Shown: piece after piece, positions 1-10,020 of the stretch
Layout of the letters: each line of letters starts with the position of its first letter
Position numbering within the stretch: the first letter of the stretch is position 1
Assembly (NCBI GenBank): GCA_018714325.1
Contig: DVNN01000250.1
Location: forward strand, 1-47,707
Origin: Candidatus Pelethocola excrementipullorum
GTDB lineage: Bacteria; Bacillota; Clostridia; Lachnospirales; Lachnospiraceae
Direction of reading: 5' to 3'
DNA: 47,707 nucleotides
Translations under genes and position numbers: made by a program
The notes under the pieces: model-generated
The model's input: only the letters and a program-made list of their open reading frames with translations
Database searches by the model: none
Told to the model about the DNA's origin: nothing

Positions 1-288
1 ACCTCGGAGAATTATACCACAACATCCACACCTCCGCATCCAAATGGAATTACCTTTGAGAACAAGATGTTTCAGCGGATGGAAGATCCGAATCTATCCA
101 ATGGCGGGGTGGTAGTAGGGGGAAAGACAGGATATACCAGTTATTCAGGACTTTGTCTGGCTAGTCTGGCTAAGGTCGGTGAGGAAGAGTACATTCTGGT
201 GACGGCTCATGCCGAGGGGGCGCCTAATACGGAACAGTATAATATAACGGATGCTTTGTATGTGTATAATCAAATAAATGTTTCTTAG
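1..288 (+). CDS. D-alanyl-D-alanine carboxypeptidase (peptidase S11), 3' part; start lies before the window
   Basis: Frame open from base 1 (TSENYTTTST...). Contains the KTG motif GGKTGYT followed by GLCLAS, typical of PBP5/DacA-like enzymes. Confidence 0.85.
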   Translation, partial: TSENYTTTSTPPHPNGITFENKMFQRMEDPNLSNGGVVVGGKTGYTSYSGLCLASLAKVGEEEYILVTAHAEGAPNTEQYNITDALYVYNQINVS

Positions 289-337
289 TATATATATGAT
301 TATAGAAATCAAGATATGGAAATTAGAAAGAAATTCC

Positions 338-385
338 AGAAACCTTTAAACTGAAAATTTTTAATCAGTTTGAAGGTTTCTTTTA
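338..385 (+). terminator. Intrinsic terminator
   Basis: AGAAACCTTTAAACTGA / TCAGTTTGAAGGTTTCT inverted repeat followed by a T-run. Confidence 0.75.
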
Positions 386-583
386 TGATTTTTTTACGAT
401 GATAGTTTACTGTATTTATGATATCATAAGTAATGAAAGGGTTCTATATTTTAATTCAGAAGCCTATGATTAAATAGATAACATAATGAGCCAACAAGCA
501 GGATATATTTAGTTATATTCTATTAGCTATATGATGTTGGGGTCAAAAGGTATTTTGCCCCTATAAAACCGGGAGGTATTGTT

Positions 584-1030
584 ATGACGAGACAAGAGAT
601 GCAAAAGCTTCAGGAAGAGAAAAATCAGATTGAGCAGATTTATGAAGAGATGTTGCAGGAGCAGCAACATAATTGTTCAATACTGGGACAAGAATACTAT
701 AAGAGAGTAATTGAGAATCCGGAGTTGATGCTTGGTGAATTAGCATCATATGTGGAAGGGATTAAGAATACGGAAGAGCGGTTAGCATCGGTTCAGAATC
801 AAATGTCAGATATTGAGAAAGCGTTGGAGGAACCTATAGATAATATATGTCCGAAGTGTGGGAAGGTTATGGAGGCAGAAGCCAGATTTTGTTCTGCCTG
901 TGGAACTCCTTTGGATGTACCTGAGGCCAGTAATGTGGAAAACAATGAAAATATATGTAATAATTGTGGAAATGTATTGAAACCTGAGGCACGTTTCTGC
1001 GGTAAATGTGGTATGCCTGTTACGGATTAG
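584..1030 (+). CDS. Coiled-coil plus double zinc-ribbon domain protein
   Basis: GGAGG RBS. N-terminal Q/E-rich helix, then CPKCG..FCSACG and CNNCG..FCGKCG knuckle pairs. Confidence 0.85.
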   Translation: MTRQEMQKLQEEKNQIEQIYEEMLQEQQHNCSILGQEYYKRVIENPELMLGELASYVEGIKNTEERLASVQNQMSDIEKALEEPIDNICPKCGKVMEAEARFCSACGTPLDVPEASNVENNENICNNCGNVLKPEARFCGKCGMPVTD

Positions 1031-1095
1031 GTAGTTATAAAAAGGACAAAGAAGAAAAAGGATAGAGATACTAATTTTAGAAAAGAGGTGGTAGC

Positions 1096-1911
1096 ATGTT
1101 TTGTAATAAGTGTGGAAGCAAAGTAAATGATGATGATCTATACTGTACTAACTGCGGATCATCTTTGAAGGAACAGCTGTATGAGGTTACTCCATCCGTA
1201 GAGGGACAAGCCGATATGGAAGACCATTATGAGTTACAGGATGAAGATTATGAAGAGTACGAAGAATATGAGGATTATGATGTAGAAAATCCTGGAATAG
1301 ACAAGGGACATAAGATTTTATTCATTGTCATGGGAGTAATTATTACGGTTCTTATCACAGGGGTTGCCTTTGGTTTTTACCAATGGATAGGACGCAATCA
1401 TAAGTCAGATGATTCTAATTCACCAAAGGTTACTATCACCCAGGGGAAGGATGATAAAAAAGGGGATAAGGATAAGCTTATAACACCTACAGTAACACCC
1501 ACACCAACCCCCACAGAAACGCCTACACCAATCCCCACAGAAACACCTACCCCAATCCCTACAGAGACACCTACACCGACTCCTACGGCAACTATAACAC
1601 CTACACCGCCCGTCCCCTCAGGGTCGGATTATATATTGCCGGAGAGTAACAGCAGATACCTGTCCGATGCAGAGGTGGACGGTCTGACGAAAAACCAATT
1701 GTTTTATGCCAGAAATGAAGTATATGCCCGCCATGGACGGAAATTTAAAAATGAAGAACTTCAGAAATACTTTAATTCCAAGTCCTGGTATACTCCCATT
1801 CATGATGGAGAGGCATTTGATTCTATACAAAAATCGGTATTTAATGAATACGAGAAAGAAAATATAAAACTGATTACAAGAATTGAAGAAGAAAAGGGCT
1901 ATGTTAGCTAA
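1096..1911 (+). CDS. Zinc-ribbon / single TM / Pro-Thr linker / YARHG domain protein
   Basis: MFCNKCG..YCTNCG, acidic stretch, hydrophobic TM segment, PT-rich linker and the literal ARNEVYARHG motif. Confidence 0.92.
   Translation: MFCNKCGSKVNDDDLYCTNCGSSLKEQLYEVTPSVEGQADMEDHYELQDEDYEEYEEYEDYDVENPGIDKGHKILFIVMGVIITVLITGVAFGFYQWIGRNHKSDDSNSPKVTITQGKDDKKGDKDKLITPTVTPTPTPTETPTPIPTETPTPIPTETPTPTPTATITPTPPVPSGSDYILPESNSRYLSDAEVDGLTKNQLFYARNEVYARHGRKFKNEELQKYFNSKSWYTPIHDGEAFDSIQKSVFNEYEKENIKLITRIEEEKGYVS
1485..1612 (+). repeat. Coding tandem repeat (Pro-Thr linker, ~24-bp PIPTETPT units)
   Basis: About three imperfect copies of CCAATCCCCACAGAAACACCTACC within a longer PT run. Confidence 0.75.
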
Positions 1912-1950
1912 TATTAGTGATAGACAGTCATAACATTAGGGAGGAGAGCG

Positions 1951-2718
1951 ATGAGTAAGATATGTCCTAAGTGCCATGGAGAATCGGGGAACGATGATAA
2001 TTTTTGTATCCTTTGTGGAATGGCTCTGACAGAAGAGGAGAGTCAGCAGGAACAATCCAATGAGGCCAGAACCAGAGAAGCGGAGTGGTTCCATGAGAAG
2101 AGACAAGCATTTGTAACTGAAACAAAGAGCATGGTTCACGAGATTATTCCCATACTAAAGACACCTGTTACAGAAGTCCAGAATATAGTTTCAGGCAATC
2201 GTATAGCGGTTAGTATTGAATTTATTGCTACAAAAGCCGCTATAGCGTTAATTTTAACTCTTGTTGTAATGGCTAATATATTGGCCCAATATGTTAAGAT
2301 TCCCTACTTCAAAATTAGTTTACTGATACTTTTAATAACGGTAGGTGCAGATTTTTTGGAATCCTTGTTGTTGAAAGTTTTCACCGGGCTTTTCAACGGC
2401 ATCACTGACTTTAAGGCTATGGCTACCACGGTAGGTGTGAAAGCACTTTATGAATGTATTATTTTTATTGTAGTAGGAGTATTCTGCTTTATATCAATCA
2501 GATTTGCATTTATCGTATATTTGATATGTGCATGTATACTTCCTTATATTCAATACAGTGGATATCAGGCTGTTACACAGGTAAATCCTGATAAAAAACC
2601 ATATATATTCTTTATGGTTAAGGTATGTATGTTTATCATTCTGTATATTATAGTATATCTGATGGGAAAGGATATTATTGTATCTATGATTAGAGCTGGC
2701 ATGAGTTACATATATTAG
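1951..2718 (+). CDS. Zinc-ribbon protein with a multi-pass membrane domain (Yip1-like)
   Basis: CPKCH..FCILCG at the N-terminus and about 5 hydrophobic segments at the C-terminus. GGAGGAG RBS. Confidence 0.75.
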   Translation: MSKICPKCHGESGNDDNFCILCGMALTEEESQQEQSNEARTREAEWFHEKRQAFVTETKSMVHEIIPILKTPVTEVQNIVSGNRIAVSIEFIATKAAIALILTLVVMANILAQYVKIPYFKISLLILLITVGADFLESLLLKVFTGLFNGITDFKAMATTVGVKALYECIIFIVVGVFCFISIRFAFIVYLICACILPYIQYSGYQAVTQVNPDKKPYIFFMVKVCMFIILYIIVYLMGKDIIVSMIRAGMSYIY

Positions 2719-2774
2719 AAGCCATTGATTTTACTAGGGAAATGTGAAAATAGAAATTAACTATAGAAGTTATA

Positions 2775-2808
2775 ATGGCAGCTGAACAATGTGCAGCTGC
2801 CATTTTTT
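2775..2808. terminator. Terminator between convergent genes
   Basis: ATGGCAGCTG..CAGCTGCCAT followed by TTTTT. Confidence 0.75.
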
Positions 2809-2822
2809 GTACTTTCATTTAG

Positions 2823-3728
2823 TTAAATTCCAAAGTAATCATCCACTCCATCAGCGATACCGGTTGCCATACGATTCTGCATATCCTGATCCTGCATAGC
2901 GGTATCATCGTCCGGGTTTGTCATAAAGCCCATCTCAACGATGGTTACCGGAATCTTGCACCAATTAATTCCGCTCATATTGTCATAGTTTTGAACCCCC
3001 ATGTTTTTAAAACCGGTGGCGGCGCAATAGGAATCTACCACTTTCTGTGAGAGGTCCTGACAGGAGGATGCTATGGAACTTACATAGGGATTGGAGGATG
3101 AAGGTGCCATCGTAAGAGCTCCTTTGACCGAGGTATCGTCACTGCCATTGGCGTGAATTCTCAAAAAGATTTCAGCTCCCGAATTATTGGCAATCTCAGC
3201 CCGCTCAGCATTGCTGATATCCACATTGTGGTCTTCACGAATCATTACAACCTGATAGCCACGGTTTTGAAGTTCCTCTCTTAACTTTAAGGAGACATCC
3301 AGATTAAGTTGGTACTCAGGCACACCGGTGGTACGACCTGTGGTTCCACTGGCAACTTTAGGCTTGGTCTCAGAAGCTCCTGGGCCTATAGGTTCCTTAG
3401 CACTGTTGCCCTGGGCCTGATGTCCTGCATCTATTGCCACAATATGGCCATTTCCTACAGGAGTGGAAGTGGGTTCTTCTGTTGGTTCAGGGGTAGCAGT
3501 GATATCAGGTGCTTTTGTGGGTTCAGGCGTTGGTGTCTCTGTGGTTTCCGGGCTCTCAGTAGGTATTGGTTCTACGATAGGTTTGGCAGCAAGTGCAACA
3601 GAAGCCAACTTGGTCTGCTTTGATGTGGTCTGCATTATCTTAAGAGTACTGCGGATACCTACGATGGTACCGACAACGGCAATTAAGATACCCAGGACAA
3701 CTAAAATATTCAGTTTCTTATTCTTCAT
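2823..3728 (-). CDS. N-acetylmuramoyl-L-alanine amidase (Amidase_3), membrane-anchored
   Basis: N-terminal TM, P/T/E linker, and Zn-amidase motifs IDAGH, E..LNL, RIHAN, IVEMGFMTN. Confidence 0.93.
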   Translation of the reverse strand: MKNKKLNILVVLGILIAVVGTIVGIRSTLKIMQTTSKQTKLASVALAAKPIVEPIPTESPETTETPTPEPTKAPDITATPEPTEEPTSTPVGNGHIVAIDAGHQAQGNSAKEPIGPGASETKPKVASGTTGRTTGVPEYQLNLDVSLKLREELQNRGYQVVMIREDHNVDISNAERAEIANNSGAEIFLRIHANGSDDTSVKGALTMAPSSSNPYVSSIASSCQDLSQKVVDSYCAATGFKNMGVQNYDNMSGINWCKIPVTIVEMGFMTNPDDDTAMQDQDMQNRMATGIADGVDDYFGI

Positions 3729-3936
3729 AATAACCCCTTTTCATGAATTAGATGACAAATATCAATGCTTGGATATAGTTAATAGTATATCAACTTTTTA
3801 CCCTTAGTCAACAAAAGAAGTTTACGAATTCGTAATGTTTTTCAGTTAATTTTTGTGGTATAGTAATGGTAATTGTAAAATATTAAGGTCTGGGTCAAAA
3901 TAATATAAGATGAACAAGCTATAGGAGGACATCAGG

Positions 3937-4410
3937 ATGGCCATTGATAAAGTGAAATTGTATTTGAAACCGTATGGTAAGGATCAGGCAATATTGGAAT
4001 TTCAGGAATCATCTGCAACCGTGGAGTTGGCAGCGCAGGCCGTTGGTTGTGAGCCGGCTAAAATTGCGAAAACCATGTCTTTTCTGGGAAAGGAAGAAGG
4101 AGACTGCATTCTGGTGGTTACAGCAGGGGATCGAAAGATAGATAACAGCAAATTCAAAAAGTTTTTTGGGATGAAGGCAAAGATGCCAAAAGGTGAGGAC
4201 GTGGAGTCATTGACGGGACATGCAATTGGGGGTGTATGCCCGTTTGCAAATCCGGAGCAAGCCAATGTATATCTAGATGAGTCATTAAAGCGTTTTGAAG
4301 TGATTTATCCTGCAGCAGGCAGTGCTAATTCTGCACTTCCCGTGACCTGCGAGGAACTGGAGAACCTATCACAGGCAAGATCTTGGGTGGACGTTTGTAG
4401 AGAAATCTAA
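3937..4410 (+). CDS. YbaK/EbsC family aminoacyl-tRNA deacylase
   Basis: ESSATVELAA, IAKT, TGHAIGGVCPF and PAAGSANSA motifs. Confidence 0.92.
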   Translation: MAIDKVKLYLKPYGKDQAILEFQESSATVELAAQAVGCEPAKIAKTMSFLGKEEGDCILVVTAGDRKIDNSKFKKFFGMKAKMPKGEDVESLTGHAIGGVCPFANPEQANVYLDESLKRFEVIYPAAGSANSALPVTCEELENLSQARSWVDVCREI

Positions 4411-4453
4411 AGAAAGAGAAAAGAAGGAGAAATGACAGGGGAGGAGGCAGCAG

Positions 4454-5410
4454 ATGTTACAGACAGTGAGCAATAATAAGGCTCTGCAGGTCATAGCAGA
4501 GGTGAAAAAGGTGGTTATTGGCAAGGATGAAGCAATTACGAAAGTAATGACTGCAATATTGGCTGGGGGGCATATTCTGTTGGAAGATATCCCGGGCGTT
4601 GGAAAGACTACCATGGCGGTTGCATTTTCCAAGGCAATGGCATTAAAACAGAATAGAATCCAATTTACACCGGATGTGCTGCCATCTGATATCGTGGGAT
4701 TTTCCATGTATCAGAAAGAGTTGGGTAAGTTTACCTATCAGCAGGGGGCCGTGATGTGTAACCTGTTTTTGGCTGATGAGATTAACCGGACATCGCCGAA
4801 GACCCAGTCCGCCCTTCTGGAAGTAATGGAAGAGGGAAAGGTCACTGTGGATGGGGTTGAAATTCAGGTACCGGATCCGTTTATCGTTATTGCAACACAG
4901 AATCCTTTTGGAAGTGCGGGAACTCAGCTGCTTCCAGAATCCCAGGTGGACAGATTTATGATTTGTATGAGTATGGGATATCCTGACATAAAACACGAGA
5001 TAGAGATCGTCAAAGGGAAGGTGTGGAAAAATCCCATGGACAATATTCAGCGGGTTATGACGGGACAGGAGTTATTGGGGCTTCGAAAGGTTGCGGCAGA
5101 AATTTATGTTCATGATGCAATCTATGAATATATAGGAAAGTTGGTTAGGGCTACAAGAAAGCACGATCTGATAGAATTGGGGTTAAGTCCCAGAGGTACC
5201 ATATCCATTGCCTCCATGGCAAAAGCACACGCATTTTTAAGTGGAAGGGATTATGTGTTGCCTGAGGATGTTCAACTTGTATTCCCGGATGTGTCCCTCC
5301 ACAGGCTTCGTTTAAACTCAAAAGCCAGAATTCATCATGTGACGGTAGATGCGGTGATACAAAAGATTCTGGAGGATATACCACAACCTACCGTACGTAA
5401 TAAGGCATAG
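4454..5410 (+). CDS. MoxR family AAA+ ATPase
   Basis: LLEDIPGVGKTT, RIQFTPDVLPSD, LADEINRTSPKTQSALLE, ATQNP, SPRG. Confidence 0.95.
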   Translation: MLQTVSNNKALQVIAEVKKVVIGKDEAITKVMTAILAGGHILLEDIPGVGKTTMAVAFSKAMALKQNRIQFTPDVLPSDIVGFSMYQKELGKFTYQQGAVMCNLFLADEINRTSPKTQSALLEVMEEGKVTVDGVEIQVPDPFIVIATQNPFGSAGTQLLPESQVDRFMICMSMGYPDIKHEIEIVKGKVWKNPMDNIQRVMTGQELLGLRKVAAEIYVHDAIYEYIGKLVRATRKHDLIELGLSPRGTISIASMAKAHAFLSGRDYVLPEDVQLVFPDVSLHRLRLNSKARIHHVTVDAVIQKILEDIPQPTVRNKA

Positions 5411-5421
5411 GCGGTAGATCT

Positions 5422-6492
5422 ATGATTAGAACGCTCTTATATCTTTTGGCAACGATGACAACGGGATATCTGGCTTTAATTTATCCCAAAAAGATGGTTA
5501 TCACCTTATTTATATTGGAACTACTGTTATTTTTAGCTGCATTCCTATATAGTCTCTGCCTGTTCAGAAAAGTACGGATTACCATCCGTGTACCAGTTTC
5601 TGTGACGGAGAAGAAGCAGCCGGTAGATGTGGATATCCTGGTGGATAACCAAGGTAAAATTCCTCTTTTCAGGGGAGAACTAGTGATTGGAGTTAAAAAT
5701 TATTATCATGAGGAATCCATCAGTCACAGGATACAGATACAGGCTGATAAAAAGTGCCGGACAATCTGTACCTTCAGGGTATCCAGCGGTAATTGCGGTA
5801 GAATAAGGATATCCATAAAAAGATTTTTCATATGTGATTCCATAGGGATTCTTTACATTCCTGTAAAAAATATAAAAGCGCAGGAATTTATTTCCGTGTT
5901 GCCTAAGATTGAGCCGATGCAGCTGGAGGTTCACGATGGGAACTGGGATATCATGGCCGATGGCGATGAATATGATAGAACAAAAGCAGGAGATGATCCC
6001 TCGGAGGTGTTTCAAATCCGTTCTTACAGGGGAGGGGACCGGATGCAGAGAATCCACTGGAAGATGTCGGCCCGCTCCGAGGAATTGATGGTTAAGGAAT
6101 TTTCAAAGCCTATCTATTATGGAGCAGTATTATTTTTAGATATGAAGGAAGCATACTGGGGCAGGGAGTTTAAGAATGCGGATGAATATCTGGAAAAGGC
6201 GCTGGGAGTCTCCTATGGACTGCTGGAAGCGGATTGCTACCATATGGTTGTTTGGTATGATGGAAAGGAAAACCGTCTTTATCGGTACAAAATAGATAAG
6301 GAGGATCATATCTACGAACTGATTGAACAGTTATTCCAGGTTTTGCCTTATGGTGAGGAGATAGATCTGGAGGAGCTTTATCATCAGGAATATCCAGACA
6401 ATAGTTATTGTTTGTCTTATCTGCTGAATATGAATCTGGAACTTTGGGAGGGGGGTGGATTCTCTTGCAGAAGCGAAAAGATACTTCTATAG
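5422..6492 (+). CDS. DUF58 domain membrane protein
   Basis: Two N-terminal TMs, IRSYRGGDRMQRIHWKMSAR motif, directly downstream of moxR. Confidence 0.9.
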   Translation: MIRTLLYLLATMTTGYLALIYPKKMVITLFILELLLFLAAFLYSLCLFRKVRITIRVPVSVTEKKQPVDVDILVDNQGKIPLFRGELVIGVKNYYHEESISHRIQIQADKKCRTICTFRVSSGNCGRIRISIKRFFICDSIGILYIPVKNIKAQEFISVLPKIEPMQLEVHDGNWDIMADGDEYDRTKAGDDPSEVFQIRSYRGGDRMQRIHWKMSARSEELMVKEFSKPIYYGAVLFLDMKEAYWGREFKNADEYLEKALGVSYGLLEADCYHMVVWYDGKENRLYRYKIDKEDHIYELIEQLFQVLPYGEEIDLEELYHQEYPDNSYCLSYLLNMNLELWEGGGFSCRSEKILL

Positions 6493-8930
6493 AGATTGTG
6501 CCCCTGCGAATCCGGATGTCAGAAAAATGCAGGTATAAGGAAGTACCAGAGCGCTGGATCAGATGGTTTTATCTCTTTTTAGCTGCTGTTGGAGGAATCT
6601 ACTGGATCATTTCCATGCTGAACCTGGAAGTTTCGATACAGATGATCATCTGGGTAACTGGTCTGTCCACTATTTGGTTTACAGGGGTGTTTGGCGGAAA
6701 GTGGAACATAAGGTTCATGCTGCCTCTTTCCTTTGGGTTCGTCGCTGTCTATATTTTGGTAATGAATGTAAGTCTGATCAATGGATTGGCCATGATTTTA
6801 AACAAGGTATCGGAGCGTGTAGAAAAGTATTATGGAACGGGATTCGGATATTTTGAGGAGAATCCACACATTGTGGATATGGAATCTACGTTATATCTGT
6901 TTACGTTTCTGATTGTAATGATACTGGCCTATGGAATGATAAGAAGACAGCGTATGGGAACTGTATCTGTTTTTTCAATCATATTGTTATGTGCCTGCCT
7001 GGCGGTGGACTGTTTTCCGGATATAACAGCTTTTATGATGTGGACCTGTGCCTGTTTGGGATTGCGTGCGATGGACGGGAAACGGGCTGGAAAGGCCGTT
7101 TCATATCTGCAGGGAAGGGCAGGTATATGGATGTTGGGCTGCTCTGTTATCCTGATGGCAGTAGCTTATTTGGGGATACTCCCCAGAATCGAGGGTATCT
7201 TTGTGGATAACCATCCTGGAATCATGAAATTTCAGTCCGGGCTGGAAAGAAAGGTGGAAGATGTAATGCTAAAGTCTCCATTTTCCAGTTGGAATCTATT
7301 TTCCGGATTTACCTGGCAGGGGAAGGTGGAGAGCGGAGTGTTGACCAATAGTTCACCAGGGCGGACCGGGCGGACTGCCTTAACCGTAACCATGGATGAG
7401 ATTCCGAAACAAAATTTCTATATGAAGGGATTTATCGGAGATATTTACGATGGAAACAGATGGCTGGAGATCTCAAATGAAGATTTTGACGAGACCGTGA
7501 AGAATCAATGGGATGTTGAAGCGTCTCCTGATAACTTGAAGAAAGACCTTTTGAACTGGCCCTATGAATATATCAATGTCATATCTAGTTCAGATAAAAA
7601 AGTTACTTATCAGGTAAATCTAAAGGAAGTAAATGGTAGATACGGATATCTACCCTATTATACAAATACGAAGGATTTGGCCGGTAAGATGCTGGAAGTA
7701 GAGGGGGATGGATTAACAGTCAGATACGAGGATGAGATGTCCTATGAAGGCTATCTGTTGTCTCCCCTTATGGATTTTGGTTATCATAGTTCCCTCTCAT
7801 CTGTTTACATGATAAATTCTTCTTCTGATAGGAATGAAATTCTGCAGTTATATGAGAACTATGTGCGTCAACGTTATCTATATGTACCTACCGAAGGTAT
7901 TGACCGGCTAAAGGAGGTCTGCAGACAGCTGAAAATCCAGCTGAGTCAGATGGAGTCCTTGGATGAGATGGGATATAAAAGCATTGCAGCGGATTTGGTT
8001 AAAAACATATTGGCAGCTCAATGCACTTATAGTACAATGCTCAAACCACTTCCCGCCGGACAGGATTATACGGATTACTTTTTCTTTGATCAAAAAAAGG
8101 GATTTTGTACACATTTTGCCAGCACTGGCGTCCTGATGTTTCGGCAGATAGGGATTCCGGCCAGATACGCAGCTGGATATGTGGTACGTCCCAGTGATTT
8201 TAAAAAAGAGAACGGAAATGGTGGATTTACCGCCGAAGTGCCCGATGGTAATGCACATGCATGGGTGGAGATTTATGTGGAAAGTTTAGGATGGATTCCT
8301 GTGGAAGTTACACCTGGATATTATACAAATAATTCTGCTGGTAAGGAGATTCTAGAATCTTCGCTGGAAGCGGTTGTAACTCCTGAACCCAGGGAAACTC
8401 AAATTCCAACGGTAACCCCCGATGTAACAGAAACACCGGAATCGGATGATAGGATAGATGACGATGATCTTAAAGATTCTAAAGAGGGGGCTAAGACAGG
8501 TAATCAGGTGGCGGTAATAGGGCTTCTGGTTGTTATTGGGGCAGCAGGCTTTATCGGACTGGTATTTATAAGAAGGCGTTGGTTGGTAAAGGGAAGAATT
8601 AAGCGTTTTACAGGTGGTGACAGGCAGTTATCCATAATTCTGATTTCACATGAGACTTATCAGATGTTGAAAACAGCTGGATACCAGCAGATGGGGAATG
8701 TTTCAGATGATGAGTATGCAAAGAGGATACAAGAGTCTTTTGATTATCTGGAAGATGGTGAATTCATAAGGTTTGTGGCCCTGGCTCAGAAAGCAAAATT
8801 CTCAAGAGATCTCTTTAAAGAAGAAGACCTGATCTTCTGTCAGGCGATTTATCAGACGCTGGAGCGGAATCTGTATAGTGAGCTGGGAGGTCTGAAAAAG
8901 TTTTGGTGGAAGTTCATAAAGTGCTATTAG
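6465..8930 (+). CDS. Membrane transglutaminase-like domain protein
   Basis: Multi-TM N-terminus. GFCTHFAS, GIPARYAAGY, HAWVEIY, GWIPVEVTP give a Cys-His-Glu triad. C-terminal TM. Start placed at in-frame TTG 6465 after a GGAGGGGG RBS (ORF track starts at 6408). Confidence 0.88.
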   Translation: MQKRKDTSIEIVPLRIRMSEKCRYKEVPERWIRWFYLFLAAVGGIYWIISMLNLEVSIQMIIWVTGLSTIWFTGVFGGKWNIRFMLPLSFGFVAVYILVMNVSLINGLAMILNKVSERVEKYYGTGFGYFEENPHIVDMESTLYLFTFLIVMILAYGMIRRQRMGTVSVFSIILLCACLAVDCFPDITAFMMWTCACLGLRAMDGKRAGKAVSYLQGRAGIWMLGCSVILMAVAYLGILPRIEGIFVDNHPGIMKFQSGLERKVEDVMLKSPFSSWNLFSGFTWQGKVESGVLTNSSPGRTGRTALTVTMDEIPKQNFYMKGFIGDIYDGNRWLEISNEDFDETVKNQWDVEASPDNLKKDLLNWPYEYINVISSSDKKVTYQVNLKEVNGRYGYLPYYTNTKDLAGKMLEVEGDGLTVRYEDEMSYEGYLLSPLMDFGYHSSLSSVYMINSSSDRNEILQLYENYVRQRYLYVPTEGIDRLKEVCRQLKIQLSQMESLDEMGYKSIAADLVKNILAAQCTYSTMLKPLPAGQDYTDYFFFDQKKGFCTHFASTGVLMFRQIGIPARYAAGYVVRPSDFKKENGNGGFTAEVPDGNAHAWVEIYVESLGWIPVEVTPGYYTNNSAGKEILESSLEAVVTPEPRETQIPTVTPDVTETPESDDRIDDDDLKDSKEGAKTGNQVAVIGLLVVIGAAGFIGLVFIRRRWLVKGRIKRFTGGDRQLSIILISHETYQMLKTAGYQQMGNVSDDEYAKRIQESFDYLEDGEFIRFVALAQKAKFSRDLFKEEDLIFCQAIYQTLERNLYSELGGLKKFWWKFIKCY

Positions 8931-8943
8931 CCCTTCATATAAT
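8914..8943 (+). promoter_or_regulatory. Putative sigma-E promoter of spoIID
   Basis: TCATAAA-15 nt-CATATAAT resembles the B. subtilis sigE consensus. spoIID is a known sigE gene. Confidence 0.55.
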
Positions 8944-8999
8944 GAAGTAAAACTGGCATGATTTTTGTGTCTGCAAAAATCAAAGATTGATGTTGCTAT

Positions 9000-10016
9000 A
9001 TGAAGAGAAATAAAAATTATCATATGCAGGAACAGATGAAATTCGTTGCAGCAATTCTGTTCCTGCTTATTTTCTTGCCTATTCTATTAACGCTTCTATT
9101 GTCAGGAAAGAAGACATTCAAGTTTACCCAGGAAAGAGAGATGGAGCAGCTGTTGGCAACCATGGTCTACCGTGAGATACCAGATGACTGCCAGGTGGAT
9201 ATGATCTGTGCCCAGGCAGTGCTGGTTCGAAGCAGGGTCTGGCTGGAGTGTGAAGAGACCGGAAGTCAGAAGGAAGTATATAAACAAATACTGGGAGAGA
9301 ATGTCAAGTATGAGAGATCCCACGATTTGGATTCAGAAAAGCTGAGCCAATGCAAGGAGGCTGTTCAGAAGACGGAAGGCTGTATGCTTGGTTATGGAGG
9401 ACAGGTGGTGGAAGGACCATTTTGCAGGGCCAGTAACGGATGGACCAGGGGAGGAAAGGAAGTACTGGGAAAGGACAGTTATGGATGGATTGTAGGCGTG
9501 GAAAGTAAGGCGGATCTGGATTATGAAGCGGATAGAAAGCCGATGGCATTTACGGAAGATGAGATATATGAGAAATTGACGGGGAACATCGGTTTTGAGC
9601 GTGTGGATCATGATTTGGAAAACAGTGCAGAAGTTGATAATACAGTACAGAGTGGAAATACGGAACTTAAGGATGGCGATATTAGCGGTCAGATAAAAAA
9701 AGAAGGTATCCTGGATAGTATTTCTGTTGTTACGGCTGATTCTGCCGGATATGCCACCGAGGTTTCGGTTGGTGAAGTCAGGATGTCGGGTGAATCATTC
9801 CGGCAGGCCCTGGGACTTCCATCGGCGTCCTTTACCCTTGTAAAAGAGAAAAATCAGCTGTTGTTTACCTGCCGCGGTATGGGTCACGGTATGGGGTTAT
9901 CACAGTATGGAGCGGATGTGATGGCAGAAGAAGGAAAGAGTTGGAGAGATATCTTGAATTATTATTTCCCCAATGCACAGATTATAAAGGAAGAAAAAAA
10001 GCCGGAACATTCATAA
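9000..10016 (+). CDS. spoIID: SpoIID/LytB domain protein (stage II sporulation protein D-like)
   Basis: N-terminal TM, VYREIP..AQAVLVRS, FRQALGLPSASF, GMGHGMGLSQYGA..ILNYYFP. Confidence 0.82.
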   Translation: MKRNKNYHMQEQMKFVAAILFLLIFLPILLTLLLSGKKTFKFTQEREMEQLLATMVYREIPDDCQVDMICAQAVLVRSRVWLECEETGSQKEVYKQILGENVKYERSHDLDSEKLSQCKEAVQKTEGCMLGYGGQVVEGPFCRASNGWTRGGKEVLGKDSYGWIVGVESKADLDYEADRKPMAFTEDEIYEKLTGNIGFERVDHDLENSAEVDNTVQSGNTELKDGDISGQIKKEGILDSISVVTADSAGYATEVSVGEVRMSGESFRQALGLPSASFTLVKEKNQLLFTCRGMGHGMGLSQYGADVMAEEGKSWRDILNYYFPNAQIIKEEKKPEHS

Positions 10017-10020
10017 AATC

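Noticed and set aside
3309-3807. Two + strand ORFs overlapping the amidase
   Set aside because: Antisense to the amidase and its P/T/E linker; the G/V/S-rich product is the mirror of that repeat.
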